This document shows, one piece after another, positions 1 to 11,153 of a stretch of DNA of 64,000 nucleotides. Each line of letters starts with the position of its first letter. Positions within the stretch are counted from its first letter, which is position 1. The position numbers and the translations under genes were made by a program. The notes beneath the pieces are model-generated. The model made no database searches and had not been told where the DNA came from. It was given only the letters and a program-made list of their open reading frames with translations. The DNA is from Chrysemys picta bellii (Eukaryota), in the NCBI RefSeq assembly GCF_011386835.1, contig NC_088800.1:37882001-37946000 (forward strand), in the 5' to 3' direction.

Positions 1-314
1 TACAGGGGCCCCTTTACGCTGTTACGGCCCTTTCACCCAGCACAAAAGCTCCCCCTTTCAGTATCAAGCTGTGACTAGTTGCCTTGGAAGCACTTACCGT
101 TCTCCAAGCTTTCAAACAAAGGGGCAAACCATGCACATAGTCTCACAGCACAGGCTGGATGCAATTTACAAAAGCATCTGGAGGAGAACAGAGATGAAAG
201 GGGAACTGGGAATCTCACAGGCTGCAACCAGCATGTTCCAGGGGGACTCATTCCCTAGGGGCTGGATTTGGGAAAAGTTCTGTCTAATGATAATTATTTA
301 ACACTCGTGTCCTT

Positions 315-530
315 CAAAACACTTGATAAACATTAGCCAGCTGACTCTCATGCCATCCGGGTGAGATAGGGAAGTAGAGATTATTTCTGTTTCACAAATG
401 AGGAAACTGAGGCAAGTGAGGCTAAGTGACTTGCCCAAGGACACATAAGGAATCAGTGTCTGAGCCAGGTCCAGAGCTTGGAAAAGTTCTTGCGGCCTAG
501 GCCAGTGCTCACCATAGACTATGCCCTTCT
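315..530 (-). mobile_element. MIR/CORE-SINE fragment
   Basis: Antisense MIR core ttcacaaatgaggaaactgaggca...aagtgacttgcccaagg (391-440). Confidence 0.8.
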
Positions 531-889
531 GCATCTCCTGCACCCAGGCTCAGACAGGGCCATGGGGCAAGCAGGCATTTGCCCAAGGGGCCAGTCTGCT
601 GCTGCAGAGTGTTGGTTTTGATCATTTTTCCAGTCACTAGTCCTTTGGCCAGAAGAGCAAATGGTGCCCTGATCAGAGATCCTGCTCACTCACCCTCCCT
701 GAGGCAGATTCTCCCTTCAATGGGCACCAGATTCCTCCCCTCCCAATGACTTTGAGTCTCTATTGGCAGGAAAATCTGACCCCAGAAGACCTGGTGGCAT
801 GGGGCATAGCAATCCTGGCAGCGGTGCTCCCTGCCCCAGGGTGCTGGGGTGAGAGGAGAGGCTCTGGCTAGGGGGAAGTGTTCCCAATA

Positions 890-1012
890 TGCTCCCTTGT
901 CTACACTACAGGCACTGCTATGACGCTGTAGCTATTGACGGTAGCACCATAGTGTAGACGCTTCACCTCCCTAGCAATGTAGCTATATCAATCTAAATTT
1001 TAAGTGTCCAGG
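890..1012. mobile_element. Short non-autonomous DNA transposon (gtctacac...gtgtagac family, probably PIF/Harbinger-like)
   Basis: gtctacactac at about 900 and gtgtagac at about 952, with an internal palindrome. Related to the longer copy at 2777-3140. Superfamily is inferred. Confidence 0.55.
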
Positions 1013-2101
1013 CCCACACTCCACCCCTGACATTCCAGCCCTGCCTGCTGCTCTTCCTTGGTCTGTGATTGCACCTGCAAAACTGACCGCCGAGATCATT
1101 CCCCTTGAAATCGGAGCCTACATTTCTCTGCTCATGTGTATTACAGCTGCCTTCCCAAGCCCAGCAAGGGCAAGGTCACGTTCACTCTTCTCCCCGACCG
1201 CACATGCACCAGCACGATCCTGTCTCACATCAAGATGATGATGATGCTTCCCTTTCCCCCTTAAGAGTTCAACATCAGCTGTCATTCATTGTTAATTTCC
1301 TGTCCAAACACCTCACCCGCAGCCGGCTGACCAAAGCCCGTTTTCATACTCAAACAACTGGAGCTTCCAGTCAGCAGCCAGGGGGTCCACAGGTAGAACA
1401 GGGGGGAAAGGGTCAGGATTGCACAAATTTGGAGGCCTAACCTCTTTCTAACCACCAGAATATAGGATGACATCTCTGGATCAGGGCTTGGTTCTACCGA
1501 TGGGGACTGCGAGGGAAGGCCTTGGGAGAGAAACTGAGGCACAGAGCAGTTACATGGCTTCCCTAAGGTCACGAAGCAAAATGGTCTGACAGCCCCCTGG
1601 GTGTCAAATGGTCATTTTCAGCCCCTTTGTGCAGAGCCCTTTGCTCTTCTTGAAATTATTTCATTGGGGCTCATCAAATCTAGCCAGGCATTGAAACACA
1701 GTCACTCTCCCTGTCTCTAATTTTGACACCACCACCTCTGGGAGATCCAACCCTGCTTTCCCCCATTCATAATTCAGCCTGACACTGCACAGCAAAAATC
1801 AATTCACACTTATAAGAAAGTGCCAAGGCAAATTACTTCCCAAAGCCTCCGATGGTGCTTTCTTCTCTCCCAATGACTATATCTTTGGTGCGAAGCCCGA
1901 AATTGCAAATTAACCCCTGGAGCTCTTCCACTTCATAGAAGAGCCCTTTGGATCCACAGCTGAATTCAGATTGGTGACTGAGGAGGCTGCTGGCGACAAT
2001 GCACAGTCCTCAGTTTGTCTAACCATTAGTGAATCTGTGTGTCTAGCTGCCTATACCCAAGTCCATTTGTCTATCTATGAATCATTCATCTATGGATTTC
2101 A

Positions 2102-2745
2102 TCTGCTATACAACCCTCAGTATGTGATCTTATCAGCCCTTACAAGCTAAGCGAGGTCTTGCTTGATTTAGAGTAGGATGGAAAAACAGTGTGCTATAAG
2201 AAGTGGTGTTGCTTATTCAGTAGGTGGCACTCTTCCCTCTGAGTCAGTGCAAAGCCCCCATGCAGAAGTAGGGATCAATTTGTCGCAGAAGGTGCCATTT
2301 TTTTAAAACCAGATACAATAACACATGGTCATGAAAGATCTCAAGAGGCTCCTTTTGCAAGCAAGCAGAGGTGTCCTGGATAAATTATAGCATGAAAAAT
2401 TTTATTTTCCCTGTAAATTCCCCCTCACCCTTTCAAAGGGATATAGTAGAACTACTGTGCAGTGTTAGTCTTCAGCTGCTGGCTCCACCCCAGAGGTGGA
2501 AGCATATCAATAATAAGTGGGAGGAGGGATAGCTCAGTGGTTTGAGCATTGGCCTGCTAAACCCAGCATTGTGAGTTTAATTCTTGAGGGGGCCACTTAG
2601 GGATCTGGGGCAAAAATCAGTACTTAGTCCTGTTTGTGAAGGTAGGGGGCTGGACTTGATGACCTTCCAGCCCTATGAGATAGGTATATCTCCATATATT
2701 ATATTATATTATTTTAGGTGAAGTAACCCCTGCATACTTGTTGCC
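2102..2745 (+). mobile_element. AmnSINE1-like 5S rRNA-derived SINE, near full length, interrupted by a younger SINE
   Basis: 5S-like head (gatcttatc...aagctaagcgaggtc...ggatgg, 2125-2180), central gaagtggtgttg...ttcagtaggtggcactcttccctctgagtcagt, and 3' ccaccccagaggtgg, resuming as ggtgaagtaacccc after 2712. Matched from memory of the consensus. Confidence 0.75.
2522..2712 (+). mobile_element. Tortoise Pol III/SINE (tRNA-derived head, CR1-like tail)
   Basis: A-box-like gatagctcagtggtttgagcattggcctgctaaacccag, degenerate B box, CR1-type 3' end ggctggacttgatgaccttcc...ctatgagataggtatatctcc and a (tatat)n tail. Confidence 0.85.
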
Positions 2746-2941
2746 TACATTAGCTCCCAGGGGTGCTGGGAGACTTAGGGTATGTCTTAACTACAGCTGC
2801 ACAGGAGCTACAGCTGTAGCACCACAGTGTAGATTCTTCCTACACTGATGGAAGAGGTTTGCTGTTGATGTAGTTAATCCACCTATCTGAGAGGCAGTAG
2901 CTGGGGCAATGGAAGAATCCTTCCCTCAACCTAGCTGTGTC

Positions 2942-3033
2942 TGCATCCGAAGAAGTGGGCTGTAGTCCACGAAAGCTTATGCTCTAATAAATTTGTTAGT
3001 CTCTAAGGTGCCACAAGTACTCCTGTTCTTCTT
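2942..3033 (+). mobile_element. Penelope-like element terminal fragment
   Basis: gcatccgaagaagtgggctgtagtccacgaaagcttatgctctaataaatttgttagtctctaaggtgccacaagtactcct, which I recall as a common reptile Penelope-type repeat end. Confidence 0.7.
2943..2982 (+). ncRNA. Minimal type I hammerhead-ribozyme-like motif (non-canonical core)
   Basis: Stem I GCAU(2943-46)/AUGC(2979-82). Core CCGAAGA (2947-53; canonical CUGANGA). 6-bp stem II GUGGGC/GUCCAC with a UGUA loop. GAAA at 2971-74. Palindromic AGCU mini stem III. Confidence 0.6.
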
Positions 3034-3335
3034 TTAGTGGGGGTTAGGTTGACTTAACTATGATACCAGTATGTAACATTTTTCACAGCCCTGAGTGATG
3101 TAGCAAAGCTGATCTAATTTTTTGGTATAGAACAGACCTTAATCAGTGTTAGCAAAGCAGCGAGATCCGCTGATAAATGGTGCCATCAGAGCACAGAGTG
3201 TTACTGTCATAAAAAAGCTGCCAAATTCAGAGACGGAGAAAAGAGGGGATTTGAAAGCTACATAAAAGGAGTCCCTAACACTTGCTTAACAAAGCCAGAT
3301 GAACAATACAAACCACTGTCCTCTGCCCCCTGCAG

Positions 3336-3521
3336 AATGCCTCGTCATGATGAGAAGAGTGGAGAAGAATCTGCCACAAGGGAAATATCCGAGGGAACAA
3401 ATGAAAGAAAGAACAGAAGCCCCAGATGTACAAGCCGAAGTGAAAATGAAGGGCATGAACGGAGCCACGTACAGAAATGAAAGCACAGACATTGCCACTC
3501 AATCACAAACCAGCGCAGCCG
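3336..3521 (+). CDS. Candidate internal coding exon of an unidentified gene (ECLVMMRRVEKNLPQGKYPREQMKERTEAPDVQAEVKMKGMNGATYRNESTDIATQSQTSAA)
   Basis: Acceptor ccactgtcctctgccccctgcag, open purine-rich frame of 186 nt (phase 1-1), moderate donor CCG|gtgcgc. No homology recognised. Confidence 0.4.
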
Positions 3522-4318
3522 GTGCGCTCCGAGTATTGCTGGCATTCAGATGCTAGATATGGGAAAGGGCTGCTGGATTTGACTGTCCAGCCCCTTTCCC
3601 TTCAAACCCAGGATTGCTTCCCTGCTCCGTAGTCTTCGAGGCACAAGTTTAAAAGTGCCAAGTGATGGGGCTCTGCTACATCCCTTGAGAGGCTACAGAA
3701 CCAACTCGCTGCTTCCTGACTGAGCCCAAACCTAGGGCTGAGTCCCAGCTTCCCCTTCTCTTCCCTGCCTGTAGAATTCCAGACAATTACTAGCAACTGA
3801 TGGTTGTTAGTAACGGTGGGTTGGAGCCACATACTTCAGATCCAATCTCTCTCAAAGTTTGAGAGTATACCTCGGGTTTTGATTCAACCTATTACAGAGA
3901 TGGGTTTGCCACAAAATCTGGGTCCAAATCCAAATGTCACTGAAGTTCTGGGTTCTTTAGACCTTGGGATATGGTTGGGTCCCATCTCTGATTGTTAGGG
4001 TGAATATTTTCCATTCCTTTCCTTGGGTCTCTTGGGGTAGTGGGTAAGGATCTGTTTTTACCCCCTCCAGAACAACTCCAGTTCTCCTAGTACTTGATAT
4101 CTTACTTTGCAGTCACTGTCCTTGTGACCAAATATGGCTGGGTGCCACCCCTGTACAGGGGTGTGGCAGCTGGGAGCTCCCCTCCCAGATTCTGAATGCA
4201 TTGCCTCCCTGCCAGCACAGGATGTGAGAGGATCTCTGCCTATTGTTGACCAAGCTGCCCTTTGTGCAAGAGAAAAAGACAATGCTCTCTCTTCTTCCCC
4301 CCGCCTGGCCGCTTGCAG

Positions 4319-4431
4319 CTGTGGCTGGCAATTTCTATCCCGTTGTCTGGCTGGTTAACTGGCTACTCCTGTTTATATTATTTCTAATTGTCTCCATTGC
4401 TCCCGCTGCGAAGTGGCACTTTGGAAGATAA
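4319..4431 (+). CDS. Candidate terminal coding exon with hydrophobic tail (AVAGNFYPVVWLVNWLLLFILFLIVSIAPAAKWHFGR*)
   Basis: Strong acceptor ctctctcttcttccccccgcctggccgcttgcag. Phase 1 start matches the 3336-3521 donor. About 20 hydrophobic residues precede the stop. Could instead be a non-coding conserved element. Confidence 0.3.
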
Positions 4432-5700
4432 TGAACCTGTTCTTTCCTACAAGGTCACTGACTGGAGTGCAGCCGGGTTTGATTATTATGTGGCTTTTTA
4501 AACTAATTAACACAATCGTTTTCCAACTGCAGGAAGAGAGGGGGAAAAGGCCCATCACTTCCTGTAGGGTTCAACCCGGGAGTCTGGACTGGTTCATTGC
4601 TGGAGAGCAAATCCCATCAGGAGCAATCAGGCAGAGAAAGGGGTAGATTTAGTTCACAGCCATCAGTTGGTGCATAGAGCTTTGGTGAAGTCAGGGAATA
4701 GTGGCAGTTAGTTAATATTCCTTCTCATCTCCTCCACCTTTCCATCCTGCACAACTCAGGATGGATGAGATCTGTCAATATCGCTCCTGGATCAGTCAGA
4801 GGTTGCAACACAAAGTATACCCCCTTCTCCCAGGGACAAAGTGCTCCTAGGGTCAGATCTGGTAAGGCGCTGAAGGGATCTGGCTGAAATACTGTCAGGG
4901 TGAAACCTACCCTGCTGCATATGGGCCTGGAGAAGTTGTGTGTTCCATCTGAATCCCACTCAAGACTTCCAATTAGGGCTGAAGTGGTGCATCGGAACTT
5001 TGTGCTAGCCCCTCTGGGCAGGAGTGAATCTCACCCCCCAGAGAACAATATACTCAATGAACTTAGCTCATTTTGCTGTTCACGAATCACGAGCAGACAT
5101 ATCATTCCAGAAGAGTGCATTAGTCACAGCTACTCCTTCCATGGTATGTGCAAACATGCTCCTGCCTAGTGGTTAGCTTGCAATCCGTTCCCCACCACTA
5201 TTCAATCCCCATGCTGCATGAGCAGTCAGTTAGAGTTCTGCTTCATTACTGCATCACACCCAAACCAATGATGGCCAAGCAAACCCTTCTTGCACCAAAC
5301 CATATGCAAACCCCCATTTGCACATGTATATGTCGCACTCCCTCTTTCCAGCAGCACTTGTGCAAACAACCCACACTAATGTGAACAATGGTAAGAAGTA
5401 AGTTCCAGGATGTGTGTTTAGTGCCAGCACTTATCTGTGGATTTTATTTGACTGTCAGGGAATATTTTTGCACAGTTATTTACCTAACTCCAGTGCTGAG
5501 CATGTCCTGCGAGGACTTGAGCATCTTGGACACCCATGGAGCACTCAGGCCCCAATCCAGCAAAGATTTAGGCATGTGCTTCGCTCTATGCACTGCAAGT
5601 AGTTCCACTGACATGGATGTGAATGCAAAATATTAAGAACATGTACCAGTTTTTGCAGGCTCAGGGTCCTAGAGTGCTCGGCTTTTGAGAAAAAGTCCCC

Positions 5701-6409
5701 TGACAGGGCACTCTACTCACTGCAGATGGTACCCCTTCCTGGCCATTCCGGGGATTAGCTCTGCACAGCTGATGCCCCTTCCTGCAGTTGCACTCCACCA
5801 TGCTCTGTCTCTTTCGCCGGCTGTGGCCCCCTCTTGCTCCAGGAGGCAGTGCCTCCTCATCATGACTCAGCCCTCTGGCTGGGTCACTGAGCATGGATTC
5901 CCCTTCTGGGGTACCAAACCTCTTCCACTTGACTGGTCTCAGGCAATCTACTCCGGCACTGCCCCAATGGTGCCATTTCCCCAGTGACTGGTAGGGGAAC
6001 CCGGACCCGCCCACTACTCCAGGTTCTAGTCCAGGGATCCTATACCTGCCAACTATGGTCCACTTTCCCGCAGATCCTGTTGCTCCTTCTGCAGCTTCTG
6101 GTCCCGGTCCCCATCCCCTGGGTGTACCAGCTCAAAGTCCCTTCTCCCAGGGAGTAACTGCAGGCTACTGAACCCCCTAGCCTCAAACACACTTTCCTGC
6201 TCCCAGGGAGGGACTACAGACTACTTCCCTGCAGCCCGTTTCTGCTGCCAGCTTCCTGGCTTTATAAACCCAGCCCAGTTCCTTCCCCAGATGGACTGTA
6301 TCAGCAAATTAGGCCTTAGCATGCCCTGGCTTTCCTTCAGGTGCAGCCTATAGGTGAACTGGCCTAATTCACCCCTTTGGGCCTTGTGTGGGGTAGACAC
6401 CCCATCACA
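5701..6409 (-). mobile_element. Solo LTR (probably Ty3/Gypsy-type)
   Basis: Ends tgacagggc...ccccatcaca (TG..CA-like). Minus-strand TATA-like element (ctttata, about 6260). About 700 bp with no internal ORF. Confidence 0.6.
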
Positions 6410-7299
6410 GTCCTCAGCTGCTTGCCAGGTTAGACTCTTAGCCCCAGCCAGCCCAAAGGCCAGATTCTGCCTCCCCCTATGCAAGGAAGTAAGGGAGTAA
6501 AAGGCACCCCCATCTGCACTGACTACCCAACTGTGAGTAATACTGGGGGTTACTCCCCAGCAGCCCCTCTCCCATGCAGGTGGTGATGAATGGGCAGGGC
6601 CATGGTTACAATCCCCTGACCCCCAATGTGCTGGGGGCCATACACTGCAGCAGGCATCAGTTAAGCACAAGGCATGTTCCCTCCATCCCGCAGCCGGGGA
6701 ACTGGGAGGCAGATTGTGATTCTTGGAGCAACAATGTGCTTGCCAAGCTGCTCCCAGGGCACTGCCCCCTCCACAGGACTCAGCCACACCTGAACACCAG
6801 CCCCAGTTTGTGATTCCTGTGTGCACACACACTGGGCCTCCTCCTGCTACCGGTATAATCAGTGGCAGCGCAGAACCAGTCCCTCAGTGCTGCTCACCCG
6901 ACCACCGGCCCCTCCCCTGCTAACACGTCCTTGAGGAGTGGGACAAGGCTTAAAATAAACATGCAGCAGCAATATGATGCTCGAACAGCGCGCCCTGCTT
7001 AGCTTGGGAGAGTCATAAAAACCACTCCGTGCCCGCTGAGAATTCAATCACAGGTGTCTGATTAGGCTCAGCCCCATCTCAAACTGGATTTCCAGGTGTG
7101 CTGATTATTCCTCGTGCCAGCGCAATCACTGCAGGCTGGAGAGACAGCAAAGACTGGGGGATAAAATTAAGTGCACGAAAGGTGCCGGATTGATAGCCCC
7201 AGAGATGGCAATCCTCTGTTTCCCCCAGAACAGGTAAGTCACAAGCAACAGCAGGGCCAGATCACCCTCCCCGTCCTGCCACTGTGCCCTCTCTGTGGG

Positions 7300-7455
7300 C
7301 ACTGTGGTCCCAATTCAGGGAAGCACTCAGGACTTAAGCACACGTTTAAAGCTAAGCACTTGCCTACATGCGCTCCTGAATCGGGGCCTCAGGACCTGAT
7401 CCAAAGCCCTCTGAAGTCTTGCCATTGACTTCAATGGAGTTTGGATCAGAACTCA
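7300..7455. mobile_element. Two adjacent short palindromic MITE-like repeats
   Basis: cccaattcaggg...cttaagcac...cctgaatcgggg, followed by cctgatccaaagccc...ccattgacttcaatggagtttggatcag. Confidence 0.6.
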
Positions 7456-8203
7456 AGTAACCTTGCTCCCCTCCTTCAAATCGCTCCCCAATGCTCACTA
7501 CTTCCAGCTAGCTTTTCAACACTAACCTCCATTCCAGCCCTGCCCACCTCTTCCCTGGTGATTGCCTACAGAACGAATTTAGCAATACTTTCAAGGAAGA
7601 AATCTTGATTTCAATGAGAATTTTGCTCAATTAACCCCCTCCGAATCGGATCCCACATACTGATAATGGGAAGAAACAATTCGCGGTTGTAGGAAAGGTC
7701 AGATTATAATGAAATTAAAAATGTTAATAAATGAAAAAGCCTTAAATCCTCAGTTAAACAAAATCATATCCCCTGGCATGAGGTCACCATAGGAAGCCAA
7801 TGAAAAAGCAAATCTAATAAAAGGAGTTTTGATCAGAATGGCAAATGGGAGGGGAAAAGTGTCAGCATCATAAACTGACTACAGATCAGGCCCACCGTTA
7901 TCACAGACACATGATCAGAACTTAATAGTATTTGACATTTCACTAATTTAACCCGGGCTTCTTGGGAAAAGAGAAAGAACATTATTAATTTGAAAGATCT
8001 GCCCCTGGAAGAGTGAAAGGAAGAGCCTCAGAGCACAGGCTGGGAAAGAAAAGAAAATTTTAAAAGGAAAATGGTTTCTTTATATATGTTTCCTCTTTCT
8101 TCCTCTATCTTCTAGCCTAGAAAGAGAACCTAGTTAAAGTACAGACTAAGGGTCAGAGTTTCCATTCCCATGGCACCAAGGCAATGGAAACTGGCTAGGT
8201 CAC

Positions 8204-8951
8204 TATCACACTTTCAGGGGAACTGAACCTGTATTTCCCCCATTCCAAGTGTGCCCAGCCAGGTCTCAGGACTCCTGAAGTCACCTGTCTCTGGGCAGGG
8301 ACCATTGTCCCACTTCAGGGGTTTTAAGGCTGCACGGCCCCTTCTGTACAACTGTGATATCCTCAGTAAGCTCCTGTGCTTTGCTTTCTCTCTGAGGGCT
8401 ATGAACAGCGTGTAGCCAGCAGTCACAAGTTGTCACACAGCAACTTGTAAGCAAGCGCACTTATTCTTAAGGTAAAAGCCTTACAGAAAAAAACATCATA
8501 AAACAGATTTTTAACACACACTGAACATACCAGGAGTCACCATCAGTCTAGTAAGCCAAAGTCTTCCCAACCCTTTTGCAAGGGTTTGCCCCCCACATAC
8601 ACTTTGACAGCAGGTCCTGTCCATTTGCTGGATCAGAAAGCAGGCCCCAGGTCAGTTTAAACCCAGCCTTTTTATACCAAAAGGCCTTTCTTTGGCTGTT
8701 AGTCTCTGGAAAACCCGGATTGAATCAGTATATGCCAGTCTCCCCAGGGGTGGTACCTCTCTGGAGGTGTTACAGCTTGAATGATTCACCTTAATCACCC
8801 TTCCACACATACATTGGTTTTGGTTCCTGGAGGAGCTGTGGTAAACCCACCTCCCTAGAGCTGCGCATAATCCCTAGCCCACAATGATACACAAACCATT
8901 CAGATATTGGTTCACACACACGGCTATTGCATGGAGTTGCCGTACCTGTCC
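8204..8951 (-). mobile_element. Solo LTR, diverged
   Basis: tatcacactttcagggg...cctgtcc ends (degenerate TG/CA). Minus-strand TATA-like element (tttttata, about 8670). About 750 bp. Confidence 0.5.
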
Positions 8952-9123
8952 AACTCAGCACCTGGGAATTCCCTCCAGTGTGGGGAGTCCTCAGCTAATG
9001 CGCAGCCGGCACAGACAGCTCCTAGGCTACCTGGGCCTGGAGTAGAGGGCAGGTTGGGGTGAAAGGAAGTGCCGTTGGAGCGCTACAGTGCGCCAGCTAT
9101 TCTCAGTGGCTGGGCAGCTACGC

Positions 9124-9236
9124 GGGGCCAGATTGTCAATTGTTCAGCCTCTGCGAGTGGTGCCACATCTACAACTGTTCAGCACCAAGTGTGCTCCCCA
9201 TGTGCGCCAACTGAGCAGCTTTGAAAATCTGGCCAT
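9124..9236. mobile_element. MITE with ggccagatt...aatctggcc terminal inverted repeats
   Basis: Inverted termini visible. Related short copy at about 36300-36360. Confidence 0.55.
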
Positions 9237-11029
9237 TTATTCTGATATCTAAATGAGAGCTGAGCTCTCCCCTCTGAGGGATGCCGAGCAACTGAAAATC
9301 TCACCCTCAACTCTTTTGAAAAGCAGGAGGAATTTAGAGCACAGAGCTGGCTTGAGAATCAAGGGAGCACAACTGGTTTCTCTGCACTTCACCATCTGCA
9401 GCTGTACTCCACAGAGAGACTCTGGGCCTAACATGGTCTTCTATATTGAACTGAAGAAGTGGATCAACGTCCACTACAGGTGAAGCCCAGCCAACAATAA
9501 TTCTGGTGAAAGGTTAGCCTCTCCTCCCGAGCAGATCAGAGCAAGCAAAAACATTTCCTTGAGATGACATTTGCATAGATTTCATAGTGAGAATTCAACA
9601 CCTTAATCCTAACACAGCAAAAGTCTCCAGCTACCAGCCCAAGCAGGTCTGGAAATGTCAGGGGATATCATCATCATCTTCTCACCATAATATAGTTGAT
9701 TGGGAGACTGCCAAAAATAAAAGACTAAGGATTTCTATTGTATGGCAATGTGAATGTCACAAGGGGAGAGCTTTTCAAGAGCTGATCCAGAAGGGTGAAA
9801 TTAGAGTGACTTTGGAGAAAGAGAATCTTTGTGCGAAATCCCAGGATGCTGCTTTGCAGGTAATGGGCTTCTACAGGGGAGGTTCCTTTTTAAATCTAAT
9901 TGGTTAAAAAAAAGTAGCTGGATGTACTTTCATCAGCGGGGGAAGGTTGCTTCACTTAATCCTCAAACTTTTTTAAAAGTACTTTCTGGATCTTCCCCTG
10001 GTATTTTAAGAAACTTTCAGCATTCGTAGAGAATTATTTTAAAGGATTTTTGAAATTGTCATTTTTTTCCAGTGGAGTTGAATATTATTACATACCAGAG
10101 TCTGAACTGATACCTGCAGGGCAGCCAATTTAGCTCCATTTATTTCCACTGCTTTATCAAGTTCCTCTCTTGATTTTTCTGCGGGGTCCAGCTGAGATGC
10201 CATATTATTAAAAACAGAGCTGGGATGGAGCTGCAAAGTTTGATCCCAATTCTGGATGTGGATCCCCAGTTTCCACAGAATTCTGTTGTCTACAGGAGCA
10301 CCCAGAGGTCTCACTCAGGAACAGGGCCCCATTTTGCTAGGTGTGCAAAACCATATTAACAGACTCGGTCAGTGCCTTAAAGAGCTCAAAAGTCAAAGAC
10401 ATTTCTATTTAATCCATGTTCTTAGCTAAGCAGGGCATCTCTCAGAGTAGCTAAGGCTGAGTAACATCAACTGTGTTGAGCCCATTACCTGGGGAGCAGC
10501 CTGGAGGAACTCTTATTAAAGATCCCTACTGTTGTGCCCCCAATTCATTTGCCAGCTGGGCCTTTATCTTTAAATCCCCATCCATAGACTGGCCTGAATC
10601 TGCAAAGAGTTGTCAGGGAGATGTCACATAGAATCCGTATCTTCCAGGCTTATTGCACTCAGGCAAAATCAATGTCCTGAGGCCACACCCCTCACCCCAC
10701 CTATGCCAGCCACTGTGTCAATCACAGAAAGACTGGGGGTTGAAGTCAGGGAAGTCTTTCTCTGAGGCAGGAACCATCCAGGCCTTTGTATCTCACTGCA
10801 GGAGATGGACTTTGCTGGTCTGCCCCTTGCCTTGTGTAGAAGTGGCACCTGGCTTAATCCTCAAGAAAATCTAAAACGCTAAATGTCCTCCAGCTACAGT
10901 GCTCAGCAAGCAGAGCTGAGGTAGAACAAAAGGCCAGGCAGGCTCAGATTCAGAGCAGAGAGGCCCCATATAAAAGAAACAGCAAACATTCCTTACATTC
11001 ACTAGACCATCGGAGCATCCCCCTGCCCA

Positions 11030-11152
11030 TTCTTCATAATTACCATGTTCTATTTGTTCCCTCTGAAGCATCTGGCACCGTCCACTGTTGGAAGACAGGA
11101 TCCTGGGCTAGATGGACTATTGGTCCCACCCACTGTGGCCATTCTTATGTTA
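11030..11152 (+). mobile_element. CR1 LINE extreme 3' end
   Basis: ttccctctgaagcatctggcac...ctgggctagatggactattggtc...ggccattcttatgtt, matching the CR1 end at 35650-35759. Confidence 0.85.
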
Positions 11153-11153
11153 A

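Larger units (their letters stand above)
2777..3140. mobile_element. Non-autonomous DNA transposon (Harbinger-like), interrupted by a Penelope-type fragment
   Basis: Starts ggtatgtcttaactac and ends ggtatagaacagacc. The element sequence resumes at about 3035 after the insert. Confidence 0.55.

Noticed and set aside
1147-1174. Possible 28-nt upstream exon in phase with 3336
   Set aside because: The acceptor is plausible but the donor (AAG|gtcacg) is weak and the peptide is unrecognisable. Too speculative to list.
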